Positions 36,301 to 46,144 of a DNA stretch of 64,000 bases are shown piece after piece; within the stretch, counting starts at the first letter, position 1; every line of letters starts with the position of its first letter. The position numbers were made by a program, and so were the translations under genes. The stretch is taken from IMG/VR virus record IMGVR_UViG_3300032238_000599, positions 64,001 to 128,000 of that record; one strand, given 5' to 3'. This DNA is from a virus. Under the pieces are notes generated by a model, which did not search any database, had not been told where the DNA came from, and saw only the letters and a program-made list of their open reading frames with translations.

Positions 36301-37706
36301 TATAAATCAGCCTTTGGTTTAAGAGCTTTACTCAATGATTGACGTTCAGGAACGCTTTCTGTAAATAATTTCCATTGAATAGTATCGCCAACAACAGCAG
36401 GTTCAGGTTGGAATGTAATTAGCGCATTTCCACTAGTTCCTAAAGTAACTATGCCATTACGTTTTACATCATTATAAAATACTGTGGCAACCATGCCTGG
36501 TACATATGGTTTGTTTGTTTGAACACTAGATCTATTAGTGTTGTCACACACATAGACATCAAATCCAATTTGTACAGATCCTGTGATATTGCTATTATTA
36601 ATAAAACTAGTTTTTTGTGTTTGACGAGTTGGATTCGTTATTGGGTCAATTGGTTTAGTAGGATCCTCATTAGTCATAGTCATGCGTACAGAATCTTCAA
36701 CTTTAATCCACATGATACCATCGAATCGAAATAGTCTATTAGGTAAAAAGTCTGTACGCAAAAAGAAATCATCGTTAGTTGGATTATTTGGAAAAGAAAT
36801 ACCATGCCCAAAATAAGCACCGTTTGGTGCAATACCATCACCTAACAAGTATCCAGTATATCCACTTCTCTTTGGTCGAGAAGCAATATCGCTAGCGTTA
36901 AGTTCAGTTGAACTAGCGTCTAACAATGTACTGATAGCCGGATCAGTGTCGTCAACGTCAACGGTTCTAAGTAAAGGCCTGCCAGTATTTTGATCAACAG
37001 CTAGTGTATAAAATTGTTGAGTTTCGTATCCACTCTTTGCCGCGTTAGCTTCTGCTTCAGCAAGGATAGCATCATTAATTCCTAACTCGACAGATCTAGT
37101 ACTTAATGCTTCACCGACAGTAACGGCGCTTTCGGATCCGTCTGCTAATAGTAATTTAGAATTTAGTAAGTCAGCAAATTGTTGGCTGTCTGTAATTTTC
37201 TTAAGTTTTAAACGATATAAATGTGGCCACCAAGTTTGACTAAATCCTTCACTAGCACGACCTACATCTTCAATAACGTAATATCTTGGAAGGGCAACTT
37301 CGTAATCATTAAGAGCAAAGTCATCACGTAAATGTGGAAACTCTAATACGTCTCCGCTTAGTGGTTTTCTTCCAACTAGTTTTATCCAATCATTGATATG
37401 TACAGTTAAAAATACTGTATCATTATCAATAAACAAACCAAATTGACTTAAATTAAAATCAATATTTGCAACATTATAATGACCACGAACTTTGTAGATA
37501 TCTTTATCGTATTTACGATCTCGATTTTCTAAAAATACAAGATCTTGTATTTGTGTTACATCTTTAAAATTGTCACCTTCACCGGTTCCAATGTATTTGT
37601 GCAGGTACAATTCAGTAGCGCCAATCTGAAACATTTCAGAAATCTGGCGATCAATGAAAGAGTAATCCTGTCCTTTTTCGGGCTTAAATAGACTTAATCG
37701 TGGCAT
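36300..37706 (-). CDS. gp14: Neck/head-closure protein (T4 gp14-like), extended
   Basis: DLVFLENRDRKY, LSQFGLFIDND, PLSGDVLEFP, YYVIEDV. Start reassigned to MPRLSLF (37706). Confidence 0.6.
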   Translation of the reverse strand: MPRLSLFKPEKGQDYSFIDRQISEMFQIGATELYLHKYIGTGEGDNFKDVTQIQDLVFLENRDRKYDKDIYKVRGHYNVANIDFNLSQFGLFIDNDTVFLTVHINDWIKLVGRKPLSGDVLEFPHLRDDFALNDYEVALPRYYVIEDVGRASEGFSQTWWPHLYRLKLKKITDSQQFADLLNSKLLLADGSESAVTVGEALSTRSVELGINDAILAEAEANAAKSGYETQQFYTLAVDQNTGRPLLRTVDVDDTDPAISTLLDASSTELNASDIASRPKRSGYTGYLLGDGIAPNGAYFGHGISFPNNPTNDDFFLRTDFLPNRLFRFDGIMWIKVEDSVRMTMTNEDPTKPIDPITNPTRQTQKTSFINNSNITGSVQIGFDVYVCDNTNRSSVQTNKPYVPGMVATVFYNDVKRNGIVTLGTSGNALITFQPEPAVVGDTIQWKLFTESVPERQSLSKALKPKADL

Positions 37707-37713
37707 AGTAACA

Positions 37714-37733
37714 TATTTATCGACAGCTAAATA
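37714..37733. promoter_or_regulatory. Back-to-back divergent late promoters for gp14 (-) and gp13 (+)
   Basis: TATTTA at 37714-37719 (TAAATA on minus) and TAAATA at 37728-37733 within a 45-nt gap. Confidence 0.65.
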
Positions 37734-37751
37734 TTGTAAGAGAGGAAATAT

Positions 37752-38528
37752 ATGGACGCTACAATAGCACAGGAAAAACGACAAGAAGTTTATGACTACT
37801 GTAAAACCATGCTAGGAGACGGCATGGTTGAAGTAGAATTAGACCCTATTCACTACGATACAGCGTTAAGTAAAGCCCTGGCAAAATTTCGCCAGCGCAG
37901 TAGCGGTGCTGTAGAAGAAGCATACTACTTTCTAGAACTAAAAGTAGATCAAAACGAATATCGATTACCTGACGAAATTATCGAAGTACGTAGCCTCTTC
38001 CGTAGAACAATCGGCAGCAGAACAGGCATGGGCAGTGGCGGAACATTATTTGAGCCGTTTAACTTAGCTTACACAAACACCTATTTGCTTAACTCTACAA
38101 TGTTAGGTGGTATTGCTACCTACGATATGTTTGCACAGTATCAAGAAATGGTTGGGCGTATGTTTGGTGCCTATATTGAATTTCAATGGATTGCACATAG
38201 TCATACCCTACGCATCCTACAGCGACCATTTGCCGAAGGTGAAATGATCCTAATCCGCGGTTATAACTATAAACCAGACTGGGTTATTATCGGCGATGTA
38301 TACTCTGGGCAATGGATTAAAGATTACAGTCTAGCAGTTTGTAAAGGTATTTTAGGTGAAGCCCGCGGCAAGTTTGCCAACATTGCAGGCCCGGGCGGTG
38401 CAGGCGGTCTAAATGGCGCAGACTTAAAAACAGCTAGTAAAGACGAAATTACCACCTTAGAAAAAGAACTACAAGAACATATCCCAGCAGGATCTGGCGG
38501 TACTGGTTACACATTAATAATTGGCTAA
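37752..38528 (+). CDS. gp13: Neck protein (T4 gp13-like)
   Basis: YCKTMLG..MVEVEL, WIKDYSLAVCKGILGEARGKF...GPGG..LNG are characteristic of gp13. Confidence 0.75.
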   Translation: MDATIAQEKRQEVYDYCKTMLGDGMVEVELDPIHYDTALSKALAKFRQRSSGAVEEAYYFLELKVDQNEYRLPDEIIEVRSLFRRTIGSRTGMGSGGTLFEPFNLAYTNTYLLNSTMLGGIATYDMFAQYQEMVGRMFGAYIEFQWIAHSHTLRILQRPFAEGEMILIRGYNYKPDWVIIGDVYSGQWIKDYSLAVCKGILGEARGKFANIAGPGGAGGLNGADLKTASKDEITTLEKELQEHIPAGSGGTGYTLIIG

Positions 38529-38535
38529 AAAATTA

Positions 38536-38564
38536 TTGACATAGCTGTGTGCTGGTTATATAAT
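38536..38564 (+). promoter_or_regulatory. Perfect sigma70 consensus (early) promoter
   Basis: TTGACA (38536-38541) - 17 nt - TATAAT (38559-38564), then GGAGG SD and ATG 38586. Confidence 0.85.
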
Positions 38565-38585
38565 AGCGTTACTTATGGAGGCGCT

Positions 38586-39275
38586 ATGATTATAGGAGTA
38601 TGTGGTTTTATTGGTTCAGGCAAGGATACTATTGCCGATTATCTAACTAACTTTCACGGTTATCGACGTGAATCATTTGCTAATACATTAAAAGACGCAG
38701 TAGCCCAAGTGTTTGGTTGGGACCGCACCATGCTTGAAGGCCGCACAACTAGTGCTCGAGAATGGCGTGAACAAGTAGATCCATGGTGGGCAGAACGCCT
38801 AAACATGCCTAATCTTACTCCACGTTGGGTCTTACAATACTGGGGCACAGAAGTATGCCGCAAAGCATTCCACGATGATATCTGGATTGCCGCCCTTGAG
38901 AACAAACTCCGTAACTCAAAAGACGATATTGTCATTAGTGATTGCCGCTTTCCTAACGAAATTAAATCAATTCAAAATGCTGGCGGACAAATAATTTGTG
39001 TAGAACGCGGTGTTCGACCGCACTGGTATGATATTGCAATACAAGCAAACAAAGGAAGTGCAAACGCTCAAGACTGGTTAAAAACTGAAGGCATTCATGC
39101 CAGTGAAACTAGTTGGGTTGGAACTAAGTTTGATGCAATTATGGACAATAATGGCAGTATTGATGATTTATATGCCCAAGTTAAATTGCTTATAAATCTG
39201 GAACAAGATCCCCTTGTTTCCACTGAACGCCCTCTTTATGCAGGACTCGGGCGCAGTTTGCACACACAGTCTTAA
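38586..39275 (+). CDS. gp1: Deoxynucleoside monophosphate kinase (T4 gp1-like)
   Basis: IIGVCGFIGSGKDT P-loop, FANTLKD, TPRWVLQYWGTE, VISDCRFPNE, HASE. Confidence 0.9.
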   Translation: MIIGVCGFIGSGKDTIADYLTNFHGYRRESFANTLKDAVAQVFGWDRTMLEGRTTSAREWREQVDPWWAERLNMPNLTPRWVLQYWGTEVCRKAFHDDIWIAALENKLRNSKDDIVISDCRFPNEIKSIQNAGGQIICVERGVRPHWYDIAIQANKGSANAQDWLKTEGIHASETSWVGTKFDAIMDNNGSIDDLYAQVKLLINLEQDPLVSTERPLYAGLGRSLHTQS

Positions 39276-39531
39276 GATTAGCAGGGCGGCAGTTATTAAG
39301 ATTGCCGTCTATATGAAACACGTTAAACTGTTCTTTGTGCTTTGATTTAAATCCGCACTTATCACATTGAGTTTTTACTCTATAACCGCTAACATACCAT
39401 CTCGGTAATCCTTTACCTACACCGCCGTAGCGAAGGCAATTCTCACACATGGACCTATAATAGGTCCTTCCTTCTTTTTTATAGTTAACAGCCTTGGGGT
39501 TTAAGCCGCATTTGCACATAGGTCTTGCCAT
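39190..39531 (-). CDS. Zn-finger HNH endonuclease-like protein
   Basis: CKC..CENC, CDKC, HIDGNLNNCRPANLKTVCANC. Start set at MARPMC, 5 nt from a minus-strand TAAATA. Confidence 0.7.
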   Translation of the reverse strand: MARPMCKCGLNPKAVNYKKEGRTYYRSMCENCLRYGGVGKGLPRWYVSGYRVKTQCDKCGFKSKHKEQFNVFHIDGNLNNCRPANLKTVCANCARVLHKEGVQWKQGDLVPDL

Positions 39532-39536
39532 AACAT

Positions 39537-39542
39537 TATTTA
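39537..39542 (-). promoter_or_regulatory. Late promoter core TAAATA (minus) for the HNH gene
   Basis: TATTTA on plus, 5 nt from the ATG. Confidence 0.55.
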
Positions 39543-39563
39543 TTGCCCTTTTCTTGCCCTTTT
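39543..39563. repeat. Direct repeat TTGCCCTTTT x2 (11-nt period)
   Basis: Copies at 39543-39552 and 39554-39563. Confidence 0.6.
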
Positions 39564-39602
39564 TGTTTTCTGCATTAGCCAGCCAAAAAATCAAATTAAC
39601 GC

Positions 39603-39608
39603 TAAATA
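39603..39608 (+). promoter_or_regulatory. Late promoter core TAAATA for the sheath/tube operon
   Basis: GCTAAATA followed by AAGGAG SD. Confidence 0.6.
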
Positions 39609-39641
39609 TTTGTAGAGTTAGGACTCAAGGAGAGAACGAAC

Positions 39642-42600
39642 ATGGCCCAATTAAGTTCACCAGGCGTAAGCGTAACAGTTATAGACGAAAGTTTCTATAC
39701 ACCTGCCGCTGCCGGAACAACACCTCTAATCGTCGTTGCGTCAGCACAAGATAAATCAAACGGTTCTGGAACAGGTACTGCACCAGGAACATTGAAAGCT
39801 AATGCAGGACAAGTATATCTATTAACAAGCCAGAAAGATCTTGCTGATACTTTTGGCACACCAATCTTTAAAACAGATGCAAGCAACAATCCAGTACACG
39901 CTGGCGAACTAAATGAATATGGTCTACAAGCCGCTTATTCATTCTTAGGTGTAAGCAATCGTGTATATGCTGTTCGTGCAGACGTTGATCTAGCAGAATT
40001 AGAAGCAAGTGCATCAGCACCAACAGGTCCAGCATCAAACGGAACTTATTGGGTTGACACCGCTACTACATCATTTGGTATTTTTGAATGGAATTCATCT
40101 CTAGCAACTACTACAGGCGGTCAAACATTTACTGTTAGAACACCGATTGTTATTACAGACAAAACTAAAGTAGTTAATTTTGCTGGACAAGATTACACCC
40201 CAAAGAAATCAGTCGGAGCAATTGGGGACTATGCTGTTGTAGCAGTAACATCATTATTTAAATTATGGTTTAAAAACCAAGCAGGAACATGGGTTGAAGT
40301 AGGAAGCACTGGTGGTAACGGTTTACCGTACACTAGCTGGACTAACAGCTGGCCAATCGCTGTATCAACTGGTTCTGTAACTACTGCTATTGCAAACTCT
40401 GTAGGATTTACTACAACAACAGATGACGGGTCACCTCAATCTCATACATATGCCGGCGGCGCCGATCTAGATGCATTTGCAAGTTTTATTAATACAGGTG
40501 ACGGCGGAGATCCGCTTGTACCAGGTTTATCTGCTAAAGTTGTTAGCGGCAAACTACAGTATTTTAGCGACGGCACATTTGGAAAAATTGTGTTCGGTGG
40601 CTCACTATTTGGCTCGTCTGGTTGGAACGGAGTTGGCGGATCTACAAAGCCATATTACACTCCAATTATCACAATTCAGCCACACACGCAAGTTCCAACA
40701 TATAAGCGCGGCGACACTGATGCTATTACCGAAGATGTATCACCACTAGGACGTCCTACAGGCAGTATTTGGATTAAGACTACAGAACCTAACGCGGGGG
40801 CTAAGTGGAGAATTAAACGTTTCAATTCTGCAACAGCCGCATGGGAATCAAGCACAGCGCCATTATACAAAGACAACGCCGAAGCGTTGTATGGCTTAGA
40901 CAAAGCAGGTGGCGGTGTAAATTTAGCTCAAGGTACATTGTATGTTAAGTTTAACGACAGTGAAGAAAGTCCTAATCTAGCAAACTTTAAAGTTTATCGT
41001 CGTACTGGCGTTGACTCTACAAAAATTGTGTCAGCTGTGTTTACTGATTCTACTTTAGATGCTGGCACATATACAATCTTTATTGCTGAAACCTTAAAAG
41101 GTCAATCTACAATTGGCGCAGTTCATGAAATTGAATTCACTGTTGACGGATTTGCTGTAAGTTCAGGAGAAGCAGTTGCTGGTGAAATCAATGCCGCAGG
41201 TTTAACTAACGTTGTAGCTGATTTTGATTCAGTGACTAGAAAACTTTCAATCTATCACAAGCTAGCAGGAGACTTTAGACTAGCAGAAGGTGCAGGAAAT
41301 CCATTGGCAGCAATGGGGTTTGTTGCTGGAACTACTGCTAATTTATATGCAACACCTGTAGGTGACATGGATTACGAAATGGTAGCTAGTTTATGGGCAC
41401 CATTGAGCGCAGTAAACAGTGATAGTGCTCCATCAAGTTTACCAGCAGACGGGCGTCTATGGTACAATTCAATGATCGACGAAGTTGACATGATGATTCA
41501 TGATGGATCAAAATGGGTCGGATACTTAACTTCTACAAGCCCATACTACAATTCATCAGTAGCTGATCAAACAGATCCTATGGGTCCGATTGTTAGCGCC
41601 ACAGCACCAATAGAACAAAGCGACGGAACTGATTTAAAAGAAGGCGATCTATGGATCAGCACAGCTGATTTAGAGAATTTTCCTCTAATCCACCGTTGGA
41701 ATAACGATACTAAGAAATGGGTATTGTTAGATAAAACTGATCAGACAACAGAAAACGGTGTTCTATTCCATGACGCTCGTTGGACTGCTGACGGCATTGA
41801 TGCAACAAGTGAAGCAAGCTCAATTGAAGAATTATTAATCAGCAACTATGTTGACCCAGACTGTCCAGATCCAGCACTATATCCAAAAGGTATGTTGCTA
41901 TGGAACTTACGCCGTTCTGGATTTAACGTAAAAGAGTTTAAAGAAAACTATATTGACACAACTGCTAGCAATCCACGAGTTGGACTAGGCGACGGCGAAG
42001 CAATGTCTGACTATTACCCACATCGTTGGGTTAGTGTAGCCGCTAACAACGAAGACGGCAGCGGAGCGTTTGGTCGTTTCGCACAGCGTAAAGTAGTGAT
42101 TCAAGGACTACAAGCTCTTGTAAATGCTAACCAACAAATCCGTGATGAAGAAGCTCGCATATTCAACTTAATTGCTTGCCCAGGATATCCTGAACTTATT
42201 GGCGAGTTAGTTAGCTTGAACTATGATCGTGGGTTGACAGCATTTGTTGTAGGCGATACACCTGCAAGATTGAAGAGCGATGCAACTACACTAAACAACT
42301 GGGGTACAAATCAAGCTCTTGTATTAGAAGATAATGATAAGGGTCTTGTGTCAAGTGACGAATACTTAGGTATTTTCTATCCATGGGGTTACACAAGTGA
42401 TAACTTAGGTAACAACGTAGTTGTTCCTCCAAGCCACATGATGTTACGTACAATCGCTCTAAGCGATAACGTTTCTTATCCATGGTTTGCTCCAGCAGGT
42501 ACACGCCGTGGTGGTATTACAAACGCAACAGCAGTAGGTTATGTAGATCCAACATCAGGCGAATTCCAATCAGTGGCATTGAACACTGGACAACGTGATA

Positions 42601-43019
42601 CACTAGCTGGTATCAAAGTTAACCCAATTACATTCATTACTGGTACTGGACTTGTTAACTATGGACAATACACTCGTGCTAAGAACGCTAGTGCATTAGA
42701 TCGTATTAACGTAGCTCGTCTAGTTGTTTATCTACGTAGACAGTTAAGTTTGCTAGCTAAACCATATGTGTTTGAACCAAACGATAAGATTACCAGAGAT
42801 GAAATTAAGCAAGCGGCTGAAAGTCTAATGCTTGAATTAGTTGGACAACGTGCTCTATACGACTACATTGTAGTCTGCGACACAAGTAACAACACACCAT
42901 CAAGAATTGATCGTAATGAACTATATCTTGACATAGCCATTGAACCAGTCAAGGCAGTGGAATTTATCTATATTCCATTACGCTTGAAGAACACTGGCGA
43001 AATTAAAGGCTTAGGCTAA
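39642..43019 (+). CDS. gp18: Contractile tail sheath protein (gp18), enlarged
   Basis: LSSPGVSVTVIDES, FGTP, PWFAPAGTRRG, ALDRINVARL, FEPNDKITR, VVCDTSNNTPSRIDRNEL, PVKAVEFIYI. Confidence 0.95.
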   Translation: MAQLSSPGVSVTVIDESFYTPAAAGTTPLIVVASAQDKSNGSGTGTAPGTLKANAGQVYLLTSQKDLADTFGTPIFKTDASNNPVHAGELNEYGLQAAYSFLGVSNRVYAVRADVDLAELEASASAPTGPASNGTYWVDTATTSFGIFEWNSSLATTTGGQTFTVRTPIVITDKTKVVNFAGQDYTPKKSVGAIGDYAVVAVTSLFKLWFKNQAGTWVEVGSTGGNGLPYTSWTNSWPIAVSTGSVTTAIANSVGFTTTTDDGSPQSHTYAGGADLDAFASFINTGDGGDPLVPGLSAKVVSGKLQYFSDGTFGKIVFGGSLFGSSGWNGVGGSTKPYYTPIITIQPHTQVPTYKRGDTDAITEDVSPLGRPTGSIWIKTTEPNAGAKWRIKRFNSATAAWESSTAPLYKDNAEALYGLDKAGGGVNLAQGTLYVKFNDSEESPNLANFKVYRRTGVDSTKIVSAVFTDSTLDAGTYTIFIAETLKGQSTIGAVHEIEFTVDGFAVSSGEAVAGEINAAGLTNVVADFDSVTRKLSIYHKLAGDFRLAEGAGNPLAAMGFVAGTTANLYATPVGDMDYEMVASLWAPLSAVNSDSAPSSLPADGRLWYNSMIDEVDMMIHDGSKWVGYLTSTSPYYNSSVADQTDPMGPIVSATAPIEQSDGTDLKEGDLWISTADLENFPLIHRWNNDTKKWVLLDKTDQTTENGVLFHDARWTADGIDATSEASSIEELLISNYVDPDCPDPALYPKGMLLWNLRRSGFNVKEFKENYIDTTASNPRVGLGDGEAMSDYYPHRWVSVAANNEDGSGAFGRFAQRKVVIQGLQALVNANQQIRDEEARIFNLIACPGYPELIGELVSLNYDRGLTAFVVGDTPARLKSDATTLNNWGTNQALVLEDNDKGLVSSDEYLGIFYPWGYTSDNLGNNVVVPPSHMMLRTIALSDNVSYPWFAPAGTRRGGITNATAVGYVDPTSGEFQSVALNTGQRDTLAGIKVNPITFITGTGLVNYGQYTRAKNASALDRINVARLVVYLRRQLSLLAKPYVFEPNDKITRDEIKQAAESLMLELVGQRALYDYIVVCDTSNNTPSRIDRNELYLDIAIEPVKAVEFIYIPLRLKNTGEIKGLG

Positions 43020-43036
43020 AATTTAGGAGACTATAA

Positions 43037-43663
43037 ATGGCTGTCGCAACATTAAGTAAATTTACAGTACCTTTGGCAAGTGACGCTAGTGCGTCAGCCC
43101 AAGGTATGTTGATGCCAAAGCTAAAGTATCGCTTTAGAGTGAGCTTTGAAAACTTTGGCGTATCAACTCCAACAACAGAACTAACCAAGCAGGTTATTAC
43201 AGCGGCTCGTCCAAACGTACAATTTGCTGATCAAGTAATTGAAATTTACAACAGTAAAATTCACTATGCTGGTAAGCACACATGGCAAACTATTGCTATT
43301 AGTTTACGTGATGACGTAACTGGCGCTGTTAGTAAGCTAGTCGGCGAACAGATGCAAAAGCAATTTGACTTCTTTGAGCAGTCAAGTGCGGCTTCTGGTG
43401 TTGACTACAAGTTTACACTACGTATTGAAATATTGGATGGCGGTAACGGCGCTAATACTCCAAACGTATTAGAAACTTGGGAGTGCTATGGTTGCTATGT
43501 AACACAAGCTAACTATCAAACTCTAGGTTACGCAGAACAAGGACCAGTACAGATTGACTTAACAATTCAACCTGATAACTGTATCCAGAGCCCACAAGGC
43601 ACAGGAATTGGCTCAGTCGTTGGACGTACAATTAGTACTCTAGCAACTGGTGGCGGTAAGTAA
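43037..43663 (+). CDS. gp19: Tail tube protein (gp19)
   Basis: Follows the sheath gene; KYRFRVSF, ARPNV, YAGKHTWQTIAISLRDD, ETWECYGCY. Confidence 0.85.
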   Translation: MAVATLSKFTVPLASDASASAQGMLMPKLKYRFRVSFENFGVSTPTTELTKQVITAARPNVQFADQVIEIYNSKIHYAGKHTWQTIAISLRDDVTGAVSKLVGEQMQKQFDFFEQSSAASGVDYKFTLRIEILDGGNGANTPNVLETWECYGCYVTQANYQTLGYAEQGPVQIDLTIQPDNCIQSPQGTGIGSVVGRTISTLATGGGK

Positions 43664-43667
43664 GAAG

Positions 43668-43690
43668 AAAGGCTGGCAACAGCCTTTTTT
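43668..43690 (+). terminator. Intrinsic terminator
   Basis: AAAGGCTG-GCAA-CAGCCTTT followed by a T run, after the tube gene. Confidence 0.85.
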
Positions 43691-43728
43691 CATGACTAAT
43701 CTTTAACTACGCATATAATTCGTTCCGA

Positions 43729-43734
43729 TAAATA
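43729..43734 (+). promoter_or_regulatory. Late promoter core TAAATA
   Basis: GATAAATA 5 nt before ATG 43740. Confidence 0.6.
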
Positions 43735-43739
43735 ATTAT

Positions 43740-44822
43740 ATGGCAAATATATTCACTGGTTTTTTAAATGGTGTTGTTAATGGTGCAACACACCCTAAAG
43801 GGCAGATGGGCGACTTTCAACATGCCGCTCGCATGTTTACCGACGACACATTTCGTCTTGCCCCTAAATTAAAATTTCAATTCCATGTGGCGTTTAGCAT
43901 TAATCCTAGCGCACTAAAAAATATTGGATTAACACTTCGACACAAAAACGAAATCAATATGTTAGTTAAGAGTGTGTCTCTTCCTAATTTTAATATTGCA
44001 ACAGAAACACTACATCAATACAATCGTAAAAAAGTTATACAAACAAAAATTGATTACCAACCAATAAACATTAAATTCCATGATGATAACATGGGAGTTG
44101 TAAATCAATTATGGCAAAACTATTACGGATATTATTTTGCAGACAGTACAACATCAAAGACACCAGGAGCATACAACAGAACAGCTATGCTAAACGCAAG
44201 TTATCTTAGAGGTACTTATGGTTTAGACAATAACAGTAGTGTTCCGTTTTTTAATAAGATTACAATTTATCAAATGGCTCGACAAGAGTATGTTAGTTAC
44301 ACTCTAGTAAATCCGTTAATCACTAATTGGAATCATGAAGGTATGGATTATGCTTCAAGTGCTACTCATGAAAATCAAATGACACTAGCATACGAAGCAG
44401 TGAACTACGGTGCAGGAAGAGTGCAACGCGGAGATCCAGAAGGATTTGCTTTAGAACATTACGATCTAAGCCCAAGCCCATTAAGCGTAGCTGGCGGTGG
44501 AACTGCTACCTTGTTTGGTAACGGTGGCGTTATTGCTGGCGCGGCCGATGTACTTGGTAGTATTTTTAGTGGGCAAGCATTTGAAAGTCCTGCAAATTTT
44601 ATTAGTACTGCAATTAAAACAGTAAATACCTATCAGAATTCTAAGAAATTAACAAACGCAGGAGTTACCCAAGAAGGTAAAAACATCATTGTTAAGACAT
44701 TAAATTCTGTAGCAACTACTGGAGTAAGTGGTGTAAATGGTGTAGTGTTTCCACAAAGCTCAGTTAATGTAAACACATCAACGGCAGCAACTCCTATTAA
44801 CTTAAACGGCAACGGACCTTAA
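43740..44822 (+). CDS. Tail-tube-fold protein (second gp19 paralog or gp54-like tube initiator)
   Basis: LVKSVSLP...QYNRKKVIQTKIDYQPINIKFHDDN, YTLVNPLIT, MTLAYE tube-family pattern with Gly-rich tail. Confidence 0.6.
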   Translation: MANIFTGFLNGVVNGATHPKGQMGDFQHAARMFTDDTFRLAPKLKFQFHVAFSINPSALKNIGLTLRHKNEINMLVKSVSLPNFNIATETLHQYNRKKVIQTKIDYQPINIKFHDDNMGVVNQLWQNYYGYYFADSTTSKTPGAYNRTAMLNASYLRGTYGLDNNSSVPFFNKITIYQMARQEYVSYTLVNPLITNWNHEGMDYASSATHENQMTLAYEAVNYGAGRVQRGDPEGFALEHYDLSPSPLSVAGGGTATLFGNGGVIAGAADVLGSIFSGQAFESPANFISTAIKTVNTYQNSKKLTNAGVTQEGKNIIVKTLNSVATTGVSGVNGVVFPQSSVNVNTSTAATPINLNGNGP

Positions 44823-44824
44823 AA

Positions 44825-45199
44825 ATGATTACTACAAATAATTTACCAGCAACAGAGTCGTCAGACAGCAGTACTGATGTTAAATTATTCTTTGACAAAT
44901 TTTTCTTACATGAAGTAAGTTTTCCAGCGGCAGAAATTGACACAGTTACTGGATTCTTTTTAAAAAGAGGATTCGATGATACTGCTAGTAAAAGTGTTAC
45001 CATTGTATTATTAAACCAAGCACGTCAAGATAGTGTTAACGTATTTCAATTAATTGATACTCTAAAAGGTTTAACTGATGTACAGCTAAGTCAAGTTGTT
45101 GCAGAAGTGCTTAACGCTTATAGAGAAAAAACTAGCATCTTAGGATACAAGACTGCAGAATTAGTTGACTTATTTGAAAGTCGCAACATTGTAGTATGA
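44825..45199 (+). CDS. Hypothetical protein (tail/baseplate region)
   Basis: 124-aa ORF tightly coupled to both neighbours. Confidence 0.55.
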   Translation: MITTNNLPATESSDSSTDVKLFFDKFFLHEVSFPAAEIDTVTGFFLKRGFDDTASKSVTIVLLNQARQDSVNVFQLIDTLKGLTDVQLSQVVAEVLNAYREKTSILGYKTAELVDLFESRNIVV

Positions 45200-45630
45200 G
45201 CAGATTCGCCCAAGGTAAATTTGTACCCAAAAACCCAGCAAAATATATAGGAAACAAAGTTCCAACATATCGCTCAAGCTGGGAATGGCAATTCATGTCG
45301 TTTTGTGATACACATACTAGTGTACAAAAATGGGCTTGCGAAGCAATTAAAATTCCATACAGAAATCCCTTAACTGGCAAACATACAATATATGTACCAG
45401 ATTTTTTTATACAATACGTAGATAAAAATAATGCTACACTTGTAGAACTAATAGAAATTAAACCTGAAAATCAGGCCAAACTAGAAAGTGTAGGACGTAA
45501 CAAAACACATCAGGCACAATTTATACAAAACCAAGCAAAGTGGGCGGCAGCTGGTGCTTGGTGTAAACAGCAAGGAATTCGCTTTAGGGTAGTAACAGAA
45601 AAGGATCTATTCCATAACGGACGTAGATAA
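45196..45630 (+). CDS. gp4: Head completion nuclease (T4 gp4-like, TnsA-type PD-(D/E)xK)
   Basis: GKFVPKNPAKYIG, YRSSWE, YVPDF, EIKP, NQAKW.AA..WC, F.VVTE. Confidence 0.85.
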   Translation: MSRFAQGKFVPKNPAKYIGNKVPTYRSSWEWQFMSFCDTHTSVQKWACEAIKIPYRNPLTGKHTIYVPDFFIQYVDKNNATLVELIEIKPENQAKLESVGRNKTHQAQFIQNQAKWAAAGAWCKQQGIRFRVVTEKDLFHNGRR

Positions 45631-45633
45631 GTA
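45628..45633 (+). promoter_or_regulatory. Late promoter variant TAAGTA
   Basis: GATAAGTA 5 nt before ATG 45639. Confidence 0.45.
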
Positions 45634-45638
45634 ATGTT

Positions 45639-46121
45639 ATGACTAAAAAACTTGAAGAATTATTAAATTTGCCCGAAAGCAAAAAAATAATCAAAGACGA
45701 CGCTAAAAAGAAAGAAGCTGTTCCCGCGGTTCAACCATTGCTCCGTGATATGGAAGAATTTGATAAAATATCAGCCGCACTTCCACAAGTCAAAGGACTA
45801 GGGGATGTTAGTGACAGCGAATTAGATGCTCTAGCGCAACGTGCTCAAGATGCCTATGACGATTTAATGGACCTGGGTATGAACGTTGAAGCAAGATATA
45901 GCGGTAGAGTGTTTGAAGTAGCCGCAAGTATGTTAAAAAATGCTATCGATGCTAAATCTGCAAAGATTGATAAAAAGTTAAAAATGATCGAATTGCAACT
46001 TAAGAAACAAAAATTGGATCAAGAAGCTAACCCAGAAGGAAATGGTGTTACATTAAACGGTGACGGATTCATTGTATCGGATCGTAACAGCCTACTTGAA
46101 AAACTTAAGAATTTGAAATAA
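45639..46121 (+). CDS. Probable terminase small subunit (gp16-like)
   Basis: Helical 160 aa; RVFEVAASMLKNAID...KMIELQ resembles the gp16 R.(Y/M)EV....K core; lies near the large terminase. Confidence 0.5.
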   Translation: MTKKLEELLNLPESKKIIKDDAKKKEAVPAVQPLLRDMEEFDKISAALPQVKGLGDVSDSELDALAQRAQDAYDDLMDLGMNVEARYSGRVFEVAASMLKNAIDAKSAKIDKKLKMIELQLKKQKLDQEANPEGNGVTLNGDGFIVSDRNSLLEKLKNLK

Positions 46122-46124
46122 ATA
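46119..46124 (+). promoter_or_regulatory. Late promoter core TAAATA
   Basis: AATAAATA overlapping the stop codon, upstream of 46145. Confidence 0.5.
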
Positions 46125-46144
46125 TAAGATAACAGAGAATCCCT

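Noticed and set aside
37707-37784. Longer starts given by the ORF track (37784; also 32026, 38547, 39594, 60186, 62484)
   Set aside because: They overlap neighbours or promoters; downstream ATGs fit SD or promoter spacing and family N-termini better.
43692-43719. Sigma70-like promoter ATGACT-N16-TATAAT before 43740
   Set aside because: Weak -35 and short spacer; the adjacent TAAATA explains expression of this structural gene.
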